Of a stretch of DNA of 64,000 bases, positions 19,678-28,692 are shown in pieces. Each line of letters starts with the position of its first letter. Position 1 is the first letter of the stretch. The position numbers and the translations under genes were made by a program. Source of the DNA: Bacilli bacterium (GTDB taxonomy: Bacteria; Bacillota_I; Bacilli_A; RFN20; CAG-288); NCBI GenBank assembly GCA_022652945.1, contig JALCRV010000001.1, positions 131,384 to 195,383 on the forward strand, given 5' to 3'. The notes under the pieces were generated by a model. The model had not been told where the DNA came from, made no database searches, and worked only from the letters and a program-made list of their open reading frames with translations.

Positions 19678-21240
19678 TTAGATAGTTTCCTGCATTAAGA
19701 CTTTAGTCATCTCGGCGCTTTCTTTAAGCAAATACTGTTCCAGATTCAACTTAACATAATGATACATCGTCCTTGAATCATAAAGCCCGTTCTCACTCAG
19801 GGCTTCATCCTTTTTAAAGCTATTCAAAGCCTCCAGATAGTTTTCCTTATTAGCGTACTGAGAAAACATTTTTAGCCCCTCGAAGATTCTCTGCTCTTCA
19901 CTATAAGAGAGACGGTAAGCATCTTCCTGGTAAGAATTATATACTAGATGCTGCTTATAAGGCAGATAATCATTAGTGGTAACATCGGGAACAATCCCAC
20001 CTTTGCCGACTCCGTCAAAGGTTGTCTTTTTCGGCCCGTAGACTGCCTTAACCGTCAATCTCAAAGTCCCGCCGTTTTTCAGATTGATAATAGCTTGCTC
20101 GATTCCCTTGCCGTAAGAAGTCGAACCGTAGATCTTCGCCATCCCGTTCTCCTGCAAAGCCTTGGCGAACAATTCAGTCGCGGAAGCAGAACTCCCATTA
20201 AGGATGATTCTGATGTCCTTCACCTGAGCAGTCGTAAAAGAGGGATCGGAAGTCTGCGTATAAGTCTTCGTGATATTTCCTTTATTATCCCCTTCCATAT
20301 AGTCGATAGAACCTTTAGGAAGGAAAAGATTAGCGACCCCAGCTCCTTCCCCGACCCAACCACCACCGTTATCCCGGCAGTCGAAGACCAGACGATCAAG
20401 AGGACCAGAAGCAGCGATCGATTCCGTAATGAGTTTTTTAACTACCGTAGTCGGGGCGTTATCTCCGGTGCCTAAAAAGGTATTGATTTTAATTCCTAAG
20501 ACATGCTTATTATTCGCATCTAAGCCATCGGAAACGACCTGAGCCGCAATATCTTCCGCTTCCCCTAAGCCGGCTTCAAGATCCGGCATCAGCGTCTTAT
20601 TGCGGATAAAACGGAACGTAACCTTTTCCTTCTTAGCGGTATCGGAAGGAGACATCGCTTGATTAGCTAAAGAAAGCGGCATATCCGTAAAATACGAAAA
20701 ATCCGAATCGGAAGGATGCTTAACTCCGATGATTACATCGTCCTTCTGGAATCCAGCAGCTTTAAAAGTCCCTTCATAAAGCTTAATGATCTTTAAACCA
20801 CCGTAAACGATCCCCCCGGCTTCAGCTGTATAAGGCACACTCGCAATCCCGTAAGCCCCGCTGGAAGTCGTATCCAGCCCCTGGCCGCTATAAGTAGAGG
20901 TATAGAAAGTATAAGGATCATCATCGTTATCTAGCATCCCTTTAATCATGTAACCATTAAAGGTATCTTTAAAGGTCTGATAATCCGAGGCGTAGAGCCA
21001 ATCATCTTTCAGATACTGGTAGATTTCTTTAGTTAAGGCCGTTAAGGGATCATCTTCCTTTTTCGAGGCCGCCTGATAAATCAGAGCTCCGCCAACCCCG
21101 CCGACGCCTAAGGCTAAAATCAAAGAGAGGACCAAGATCAATAAGCTGGTCTTCTTTTGATCTTTAACTCCCCTTTGATAAGCGTCCTTATCATCCTTTT
21201 CTTTCGGAGTCAAAGGAGCGGAATATTTTTCATCAGCCAT
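19678..21240 (-). CDS. S41 family C-terminal processing peptidase (membrane-anchored)
   Basis: N-terminal TM helix. S41 signature region ILNGSSASATELFAKALQ...YGSTSYGKG. Stop overlaps the uvrB start region. Confidence 0.75.
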   Translation of the reverse strand: MADEKYSAPLTPKEKDDKDAYQRGVKDQKKTSLLILVLSLILALGVGGVGGALIYQAASKKEDDPLTALTKEIYQYLKDDWLYASDYQTFKDTFNGYMIKGMLDNDDDPYTFYTSTYSGQGLDTTSSGAYGIASVPYTAEAGGIVYGGLKIIKLYEGTFKAAGFQKDDVIIGVKHPSDSDFSYFTDMPLSLANQAMSPSDTAKKEKVTFRFIRNKTLMPDLEAGLGEAEDIAAQVVSDGLDANNKHVLGIKINTFLGTGDNAPTTVVKKLITESIAASGPLDRLVFDCRDNGGGWVGEGAGVANLFLPKGSIDYMEGDNKGNITKTYTQTSDPSFTTAQVKDIRIILNGSSASATELFAKALQENGMAKIYGSTSYGKGIEQAIINLKNGGTLRLTVKAVYGPKKTTFDGVGKGGIVPDVTTNDYLPYKQHLVYNSYQEDAYRLSYSEEQRIFEGLKMFSQYANKENYLEALNSFKKDEALSENGLYDSRTMYHYVKLNLEQYLLKESAEMTKVLMQETI

Positions 21241-21376
21241 AATTCACCTCCTCAAAGACTTATATATAATTAGCGATTTTAAGTATAACATATATATAAT
21301 TTATAGCCTTAAATCAAATGGCGGAAAGAAAAGGAGCCATCAAAAAACCGCCCGAAGGCGGTTAGTTGATCTAAGC

Positions 21377-21679
21377 TTAAATCTTTTCAGCTTTATCAGC
21401 TTTAAAGGACAAAGTATAAACCGGGGAGGTGCCTTTAATAAACACCAGTTTGATTCTAATCCCGTCGAAACTGACTCCGTTCAAGACCGCGCCGGAGATT
21501 GCGTTTAAAGCAATGCCGCCGTTAAGAGACTCCAAGGCATCGATTTTCACACCTTTGATTTTCTTGATGAAAAGGAACTTGGTCTCGAACTTCAGGCTTA
21601 AGGCCATCGGCTCGGCATTCACTTCCTTGACTTCCATCCCGACGTATTTTTGGATTTCAGCTAGCCCATCTAATTCCAT
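21377..21679 (-). CDS. hypothetical protein (100 aa), translationally coupled to the YitT-family gene
   Basis: Strong AGAAGGAGA RBS. Start overlaps the upstream gene's stop. Confidence 0.55.
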   Translation of the reverse strand: MELDGLAEIQKYVGMEVKEVNAEPMALSLKFETKFLFIKKIKGVKIDALESLNGGIALNAISGAVLNGVSFDGIRIKLVFIKGTSPVYTLSFKADKAEKI

Positions 21680-21680
21680 T

Positions 21681-22871
21681 TTATTTTGTCTCCTTCTTTA
21701 TAAGGTCAGCAGGTTGTTCTTCTTTCTTCTTATTATCCTTCTTGCTCTCCTCATCTTTTCCATTATAAGACTTAGAGGACTTAAAATGGGGTATTTTCTC
21801 ACTGGGGACCATCATCAGAGGTTCTTTAGAGAGATCCTTGATTTTCTGGATGACTTGTTTTTTATTCCGACCCTTGGTTTTCTGCTTCTCTTCAAACTGG
21901 ATTTCCCGATTGATTCTAAACGGGACCTTGCGGAATCCGTAACCGGTCACTTCGGTCGCCTTGAGGATTGTTAAGAAAGCGTTAGAGTCGATCCGATAGA
22001 CCAGCTTTTGCAGTTCATCGTATTCTTCCTTAGTAAAGACAACCTGAACCATAACCTTATCTTCTCCGGTATAACCGCCGTAGCAGTCATATAAGGTTGT
22101 GCCTCTTTCCAGTTCCGCATTGATCGCTCCGTTGATTTCTTCCCACTTATCGGAGACAATCATCCCCGTATAAGTATCCGAAGAGCCAATATAGATCTTA
22201 TCGATCATCGTCGAGCAGAAGAAGGCTGAAGAGATGCCGATAATAAGCATCACCACCGACTGATCGAAGAAAATATTCGAGAAGATAATAACGGAATCAA
22301 TGAGTAAACTGGTGATTCCAGCCTTGATATTGAAATACTTAGTAATCGCTAAGGAAATACAATCCGTGCCTCCTGTGGAGCCACCGCCGATAAATGTCAG
22401 AGCACACCCCAGACCCACCAAGACCCCGCCGAAACAACCGGCCAAAATCAAAGCGGAATTATCTCCTGTTGTAGGGCCGACATAGAAGAACTGCCCCAAT
22501 TTCCCTTCGAGGACTTTCTGAAAGACGAAAAGGAAAACCGGGTAGATAACCGTAGAAATCAAAGTCTTAAAACTGAAACGGACCCCGAGGAGGACAAAAC
22601 CGATGACGAACAAAACAAACTGAGCGATCGAAATCGTTAAGTTCGTCTCGTCAGCGTTCATCAGGAAAGCCTTCTGCAGGATGACACCGATACCAGCTAC
22701 CCCGCCTGAGACAATCCCGTAAGGAATCAAAAACAGTTCATCGCCCGCCGCTAAAAGAATAGAGCCTAAAACAATCAGCAAATACTTCCACAGAGTCTTG
22801 CGGATATTTCCCGGCCGAAGATCTTTTTTAACATCTTGCCAGGCCAGTTTGAAATCAAAGTTTTCTTTCAT
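21681..22871 (-). CDS. YitT-family membrane protein (DUF161/DUF2179) with a Lys/Glu-rich C-terminal tail
   Basis: Multi-TM N-terminal half with a GGVAGIG motif typical of the YitT family. Low-complexity K/E-rich C-terminal ~70 aa. Confidence 0.7.
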   Translation of the reverse strand: MKENFDFKLAWQDVKKDLRPGNIRKTLWKYLLIVLGSILLAAGDELFLIPYGIVSGGVAGIGVILQKAFLMNADETNLTISIAQFVLFVIGFVLLGVRFSFKTLISTVIYPVFLFVFQKVLEGKLGQFFYVGPTTGDNSALILAGCFGGVLVGLGCALTFIGGGSTGGTDCISLAITKYFNIKAGITSLLIDSVIIFSNIFFDQSVVMLIIGISSAFFCSTMIDKIYIGSSDTYTGMIVSDKWEEINGAINAELERGTTLYDCYGGYTGEDKVMVQVVFTKEEYDELQKLVYRIDSNAFLTILKATEVTGYGFRKVPFRINREIQFEEKQKTKGRNKKQVIQKIKDLSKEPLMMVPSEKIPHFKSSKSYNGKDEESKKDNKKKEEQPADLIKKETK

Positions 22872-23974
22872 CTTTGAAGGCCTTCTTCAGATAGGCTTTG
22901 ATAAACCCATCTAGCTCTCCATCCATCACGGAGGAGACATCTTTTTCTTCATAATCTGTCCGATGGTCTTTCACTAAGGTATACGGGCAGAAAACGTAGG
23001 AGCGGATCTGCGAACCGAACTGAATATCCTTCTTCTCGCCACCGATCTGCTGCAGCTTAGCTTCCCTTTCAGCTTCCATCTTCTGGAAGAGGCGTGACTT
23101 AAGTAGGTTCATCGCCATTTCCTTATTCGCCAACTGATCGCGTTCCACCTGACAGGACACCACGATTCCGGAAGGAAGATGGGTGATTCTGACCGCGGAT
23201 TCGGTCTTATTGACGTTCTGTCCCCCGGCTCCCGATGAGCGGAAAGTATCGATCTTTAAGTCTTTCTCGTCGATATCTAACTTAATGGAGGAATCAAACT
23301 GAGGCATGACATTCACAGAAGCGAAAGAAGTATGTCGCGATTTAGAGGCATCGAAAGGTGAGATTCTCACCAGACGATGAACACCGTTTTCCGACTTTAA
23401 TAAGCCGTAAGCGTTCTTACCGGAAATCACGACGGTCGCCGAGGAAATCCCCGCTTCTTCACCTTCCTGATAATCCACGACTTCAAAACGGAAAGCGTGC
23501 CTTTCTGCGAATCTCTGATACATACGGAAAAGCATCGAAGCCCAATCATGAGCCTCCGTTCCGCCCGCCCCCGGATGGAAATCGAGGATTGCATTATGGT
23601 TATCGTAAGTCCCTGAAAGGTACATCAGATTCTCAAAATCAGCGACTTCTTTATCGAAAGAGACAATCTTCCCTTCCGTTTCAGCTTGGAAATCCGCATC
23701 CTTCTCTTCCTTTAAAAGCGAAAGAGAATCGGAGATATCGTTAGCTCTTTTGGTCAATTTATCGCAGGCGGAAAGTTGGGACTGCAAAGAGGACAAAGAA
23801 GCGTTAATGTTCTTTGCCCGTTCGCTATCAGCCCAGAAATCGGGAGCTAAAGTCAGTTTTTCAAGTTCGGAAAGCTTAGTCTGGAGCGCACCGATATCAA
23901 AGGCACCCCCTTATATCGGTCAATCTCTGTTCGATATCAGCAAACATGCTGTTCAATTCATATAGTTCTCTCAT
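22855..23974 (-). CDS. prfB: peptide chain release factor 2, with a programmed +1 ribosomal frameshift
   Basis: ORF1 of 25 codons (MRELYELNSMFADIEQRLTDIRGCL) ends at an in-frame TGA in the context AGGGGG TGC CTT TGA T. The +1 frame continues into the long ORF, which contains the SPF and GGQ motifs. Placed directly downstream of secA, as in Bacillus. Confidence 0.93.
23897..23914 (-). other. RF2 autoregulatory +1 frameshift site (internal SD AGGGGG, slippery CUU, UGA)
   Basis: Minus strand reads AGGGGGTGCCTTTGATAT. This matches the E. coli prfB site, where AGGGGG is followed by a three-nt spacer (TAT there, TGC here) and then CTT TGA. Confidence 0.9.
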
Positions 23975-23979
23975 GATCA

Positions 23980-26481
23980 TTACTCCTGGTTCTTATCTTC
24001 GCCCGGACGCTTTACGTAGGAAGGGGCTTCTTCTTCCTGAGGCTTATTAGGGCCAACTTCTTCTTTATTCGGAAGCGGAGCCGGACCAGCTTGTTCAGGT
24101 TGATTAGCCGCCTCGGCAGGGGATGGAGCAGTCGGCTGCTGGACTTGGACCTGGACACGGAAGAGCGCGGAAGTGATATCGGAAGCTATCTGCTCCAGCA
24201 TCTTTTCAAACAGGTCGTAGCCTTCATTAGTGTAAGACTGCAACGGATCGGTATTGGCATATGATCTTAAGTAAATCGCTTCTCTGAGCTTAGACATCGT
24301 ATCGATGTGGCGGGTCCAGTTGCGGTCGGTCATCTGTAAAACGACAGTCTTTTCAACGTAATCGGCCAGTTCATTCGACCACTGAGCACGCTTTTTCGCG
24401 TAATCATGATCGAAGATAGTCGTGATGAAGTTAATAATATCAGCCGGAGGCATCGAGTCGATATCTTCGACTTTGATGCGGTCGACAGGCAGATAGCGCG
24501 GGCAGAGATAGTCGAGCAAAGCTTTTCCATCGACGACTTTCTCGCCTTCGGCCATCTTCAGATGGCTGTTGACAGAAGCTGTAGTGAACTTAGAGAAATA
24601 TCCGTGGATCGTATCCTGAATCGAAGGAGAATAAAGGATCTTATCTCTGGTCTTATACATGATCTTTCTCTGGTTAGAAAGAACATCATCGTAATCGAGC
24701 AGGGATTTACGGGTATCGAAGTTCTGCCCTTCGACTTTCTTCTGAGCGGAAGTGATAAGGTTAGTCATCGTCTTCGACTCCAATGGCTCATCGCCCATCT
24801 GGTCGAACATCTTAAATAACGAAGGTGAAGCGAAACGCTGCATCAGTTCATCTTCGATGGAGACATAGAAACGCGAATAGCCCGGATCGCCCTGACGGCC
24901 GGAACGGCCACGGAGCTGGTTATCGATACGTCTGGCTTCATGTCTTTCCGTACCTAAGACCGCTAAACCACCGAGCTTTTTGACTTCATCGGTGATCTTA
25001 ATATCGGTACCACGGCCAGCCATGTTCGTCGCGATGGTGATCGCGCCTTTTTCACCGGCTTTCGCGATGATGGCGGCTTCTCTTTCATGGTTCTTGGCGT
25101 TAAGGACTTCGTGAGGCAGATTGGCCTTGGTCAACAAAGCATCGACGATTTCAGACTTTTCAACGGAAGGAGTGCCGATCAGCATCGGCTGCCCTTTCGC
25201 GTGGCGTGTTTCGACATCCTTTAGAAGGGCGTTATATTTGGCCTTCTCGGAGCCGAAGACTAAATCCGTATCATCGAAACGGATGACCGGACGGTTGGTC
25301 GGGATGACGATGACACGCATATTGTAAATATCACGGAATTCCTCTTCCTCGGTCTTCGCCGTACCGGTCATGCCGGCCAGCTTATCGTAAAGACGGAAGA
25401 AGTTCTGGTAGGTAATAGTAGCCATGGTGATCGTCTCAGGCTTGACCTTGACGTGTTCCTTAGCCTGGATGGCCTGGTTTAAGCCATCGGAATACTCACG
25501 GCCTTTTAAGACACGGCCAGTGAAGGAATCGATTAAGAAAATCTCATCTCCGGAAACCATGTATTCCACATCTTTCTTCATGATGAAGTTGGCTTTTAAG
25601 GCCTGGTGGATACGGTGGACCAAATCGGAGTACTGCGGATCGAACATATTGGTGACTCCGAAGGCTTTCTGGACTTTATCCACGCCGGAGTCGGTAAGAT
25701 TGCAAAGTTTCTTCTTGATATCGATCGTAAAATCGACATCCTTCTTTAAGGCCTTAACAAAACGATCGGCGGTCAGATAGGAGTTCGCGGTGATGCCCGA
25801 GCCTCCGGAGATGATCAACGGAGTTCTGGATTCATCGATCAAAATGGAATCGGCTTCATCGACGATCGCGTAAGAAAGATTTCTTAAGACTCTGCGGTCG
25901 GTCGAGGTGGCCATATTATCACGGAGGTAATCGAAACCGACCTCCGAGTTAGTCGTATAAGTGATATCGCACTGGTAAGCTTCCTGTTTGGCCTTGGTGT
26001 CCTTTTCACGGAGGTTAACACCGACCGAGCAGCCGAGGAAACGATAAATCTGACCCATCCACTCAGCATCACGCTGAGCGAGGTATTCGTTAACGGTGAC
26101 GACATGGACACCTTTGCCACTTAAGGCATTAAGGTAGACAGCCATGGTCGCGGTGAGGGTTTTACCTTCACCGGTCTTCATTTCAGCGACATCGCCTTCA
26201 TTTAAGACCGTCGCACCGAAGACCTGGACAGGATAAGGGAACTGGCCGATGACACGCTTAGCCGCTTCACGGCAGGCCGCGTAAGCTTCCGGCAGCAGAT
26301 CATCGATGGTCAATTCGGGATTATCAGCTAACATTTTTTTGAACTTCGGGGTTTCACCTCTCAGTTCATCATCCGACATCTCTCTCATCTTCTCTTCGTA
26401 TTCGAAGACTCCTCTAGCTCTTTTTTGAATCTTATTAAAGGAGCGAGCGTCGATCCTGAATAACTTATCTAGAAATCCCAT
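23980..26481 (-). CDS. secA: preprotein translocase ATPase subunit SecA
   Basis: 833 aa. N-terminal DEAD-like motor domain with a Walker A motif, and full-length SecA conservation. Confidence 0.97.
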   Translation of the reverse strand: MGFLDKLFRIDARSFNKIQKRARGVFEYEEKMREMSDDELRGETPKFKKMLADNPELTIDDLLPEAYAACREAAKRVIGQFPYPVQVFGATVLNEGDVAEMKTGEGKTLTATMAVYLNALSGKGVHVVTVNEYLAQRDAEWMGQIYRFLGCSVGVNLREKDTKAKQEAYQCDITYTTNSEVGFDYLRDNMATSTDRRVLRNLSYAIVDEADSILIDESRTPLIISGGSGITANSYLTADRFVKALKKDVDFTIDIKKKLCNLTDSGVDKVQKAFGVTNMFDPQYSDLVHRIHQALKANFIMKKDVEYMVSGDEIFLIDSFTGRVLKGREYSDGLNQAIQAKEHVKVKPETITMATITYQNFFRLYDKLAGMTGTAKTEEEEFRDIYNMRVIVIPTNRPVIRFDDTDLVFGSEKAKYNALLKDVETRHAKGQPMLIGTPSVEKSEIVDALLTKANLPHEVLNAKNHEREAAIIAKAGEKGAITIATNMAGRGTDIKITDEVKKLGGLAVLGTERHEARRIDNQLRGRSGRQGDPGYSRFYVSIEDELMQRFASPSLFKMFDQMGDEPLESKTMTNLITSAQKKVEGQNFDTRKSLLDYDDVLSNQRKIMYKTRDKILYSPSIQDTIHGYFSKFTTASVNSHLKMAEGEKVVDGKALLDYLCPRYLPVDRIKVEDIDSMPPADIINFITTIFDHDYAKKRAQWSNELADYVEKTVVLQMTDRNWTRHIDTMSKLREAIYLRSYANTDPLQSYTNEGYDLFEKMLEQIASDITSALFRVQVQVQQPTAPSPAEAANQPEQAGPAPLPNKEEVGPNKPQEEEAPSYVKRPGEDKNQE

Positions 26482-26761
26482 ATGGTTTCCCTTCTTTTCT
26501 AAGCCGGTTAGACGGACTTATATTATTAACTAATAATTAAATAAAACAGGTTAAAAGCCCACAGATAAGTTTATCAGTTAAATATCGTCCTTGCAAGGCG
26601 GATAAACGGGGGAACTAGATGCTAGAAAAGGTATCATCTATTCCCTTTTTGCTTCAAGGAGGTTTTTTATTCCATCAATCTTTCTATTTTGAAAGATAAA
26701 AAAGGTAAATATTAACTGGATTAAGCAAACGTAAGAGGGTTAACTGTTGTAAAATTAAAGC

Positions 26762-27721
26762 ATGCTCTTCCCTAAGCATCATCTTCCCTCCGTCGGCTTA
26801 GTCCTCGACGGTGGCGGGGCTAGAGGCCCCTATCAGATCGGCGTCTATATGGCGATGGAAAAATACGGGCTGACCGAACATATAATCGGCACTTCCGGTT
26901 CTTCGATCGGAGCTTTTATGTCCGTGCTGTTTTTATATAAAGATCCTGAAAAGATGATCTCTTTCTGGCAAAAGGCTGATAACGCCACCGTCAAGAAAGG
27001 GAAGGAACATAAGCTTTCCGCTTTAGCATCCGTCCTTTTTAAAAAGGAAGGCTACTACTCAAGAGAAGGATTAGTCGATTTAGTTAATGCGAATATCAAT
27101 CTTGCGGAATTGGTCAATTCTTCCTCCTATCCTCTTTACGTCTCGTTAGCAAAAGAGATCAAAGACGCTAAAGGAAAAGTAGTTTCTTACCTTCCAGAGT
27201 ATCTTTCTTTAAAAGGCAAAAGCTCAGAAGATATCATGACTCTGCTTTTAGCGACCTCCGCTATTCCTCTGGTTTTTGATCCGGTCAGTTATAAACAAGA
27301 GACCTACGTCGATCCCATGAAGGCGGATAATGAACCGTATAAGCCTCTTTTGCACCTTGATCCGGATATGCTTTTTATCCTGCCTTTAAATGATTCCCAT
27401 CTGAATAAGTCCTATCCGAAAGATTTTCTTTATCCCATTGTGGATTTTTCTTCTCCGCGTCTTTTCTCGTTACCGAAGCTGAACATGATCGATTTCAAGA
27501 AAGAAAATGCGGATATCTATATTTCCGAAGGCTATCAAGTCGGAAAGCTGTTATTGCATTCGATTTACGTTAAGGGTGAGCTGCACGCTTTAAGTAAAAA
27601 GCAGAAGAAAGAAAGATATAAGCCTTATTATTCCTTAAGCAAATTAGGCATCGACAATATAGAGTTTGCTACAATGGATGTTAAGGAAATACTTAACGAT
27701 ATCAAGAAAGGAGCCGAATAA
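26762..27721 (+). CDS. patatin-like phospholipase family protein
   Basis: Gly-rich oxyanion motif DGGGARG and the nucleophile elbow GTSGSSIG (GxSxG). A canonical DG[AG] Asp motif is not obvious. Confidence 0.75.
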   Translation: MLFPKHHLPSVGLVLDGGGARGPYQIGVYMAMEKYGLTEHIIGTSGSSIGAFMSVLFLYKDPEKMISFWQKADNATVKKGKEHKLSALASVLFKKEGYYSREGLVDLVNANINLAELVNSSSYPLYVSLAKEIKDAKGKVVSYLPEYLSLKGKSSEDIMTLLLATSAIPLVFDPVSYKQETYVDPMKADNEPYKPLLHLDPDMLFILPLNDSHLNKSYPKDFLYPIVDFSSPRLFSLPKLNMIDFKKENADIYISEGYQVGKLLLHSIYVKGELHALSKKQKKERYKPYYSLSKLGIDNIEFATMDVKEILNDIKKGAE

Positions 27722-27727
27722 ATCATT

Positions 27728-28321
27728 ATGGATGAAAAGACCACTTATCAGGAACTGATCCAGGAACTTAAAAACCCTGCTGATCCTTTGTTTGGAGGTT
27801 CCTTAGCCTATATTCAAATCGAAGAATCCTTAGCGATGACAGAAAAGCTATTGCAGATTAAGTTAAAAAAGCCCTCCTCTTTCCAAAACGATTATCTTTC
27901 GATGATTTCCGTCACTTCGATTGTCGGCAAGCAGTCTCACGAGATGATCGTGGAAGATGGAGAGACCTTCAATAAGCTCCGCCTCGCCCCAACCCAAGAA
28001 GAAAAAGATGAAGTAGTTAAAGCTCTCTTCCCGAAGTCTTTGGCTTTCCTTTCTAATCTGGATTTGCTTATGACTTTCCTTGAAAAACTCTGCTTCTATG
28101 AAAAGACTTCTATGCAGTACGATTACCTGATGATCAGGGACTCTTTATGGGCTTGCTACAATAATCTGATTCACATTTTAAAATACGAAATCAAAAAGAT
28201 GTCTGAAGGTGAAGTCAAAGATGGTTATAATCAGAAGGCTGAGGCTTTGCTCGCTAGGGAATCCTGGCTAGATAAGCAGTTAAAAGAAAATTCCAATCCC
28301 TCAGAAGACGAGAAGAAATAA
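27728..28321 (+). CDS. hypothetical protein (197 aa), translationally coupled to the patatin gene
   Basis: 4-nt gap from the patatin stop. No recognisable motif. Confidence 0.55.
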   Translation: MDEKTTYQELIQELKNPADPLFGGSLAYIQIEESLAMTEKLLQIKLKKPSSFQNDYLSMISVTSIVGKQSHEMIVEDGETFNKLRLAPTQEEKDEVVKALFPKSLAFLSNLDLLMTFLEKLCFYEKTSMQYDYLMIRDSLWACYNNLIHILKYEIKKMSEGEVKDGYNQKAEALLARESWLDKQLKENSNPSEDEKK

Positions 28322-28337
28322 GAAAGAAGCAAAAGAA

Positions 28338-28688
28338 ATGAAAAACTACGTTGAATGGGCCGATCGTAAACGTCTGATCGATTTAAAGAATCGGTTCTCT
28401 ACCCTCTATCAGAATGAAGACGGGACGATGTTCTATATCGAGCCGGTCTTTTATGAAGCCTTAGAGTATTTTAAGCAGATCAAGCCGGAAAGATTCCAGG
28501 ATATCCTTAACGAGATGGACCGGGTTGTGAAGAAGAATAAACTGGTCGTCTTTGTCGGAGATGAAGAAGATCCGATTACGATTATCGATGACGGGGTGAA
28601 AGCCGTTTATCTTTGCATCCACGATATTACCGATCCTTTAGGGATCTTTATCCAGGAAAAGAACGCGAAGACGGATTACACGGATTAA
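28338..28688 (+). CDS. hypothetical protein (116 aa)
   Basis: Third gene of the tight patatin operon. No recognisable motif. Confidence 0.5.
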   Translation: MKNYVEWADRKRLIDLKNRFSTLYQNEDGTMFYIEPVFYEALEYFKQIKPERFQDILNEMDRVVKKNKLVVFVGDEEDPITIIDDGVKAVYLCIHDITDPLGIFIQEKNAKTDYTD

Positions 28689-28692
28689 AGCC

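Noticed and set aside
26762-27721. The patatin gene as part of a CBASS (CapV) system.
   Set aside because: No cGAS/DncV-like nucleotidyltransferase, E1/E2/JAB or HORMA/TRIP13 genes in the neighbourhood. The flanking genes are small unknowns and lipoproteins.
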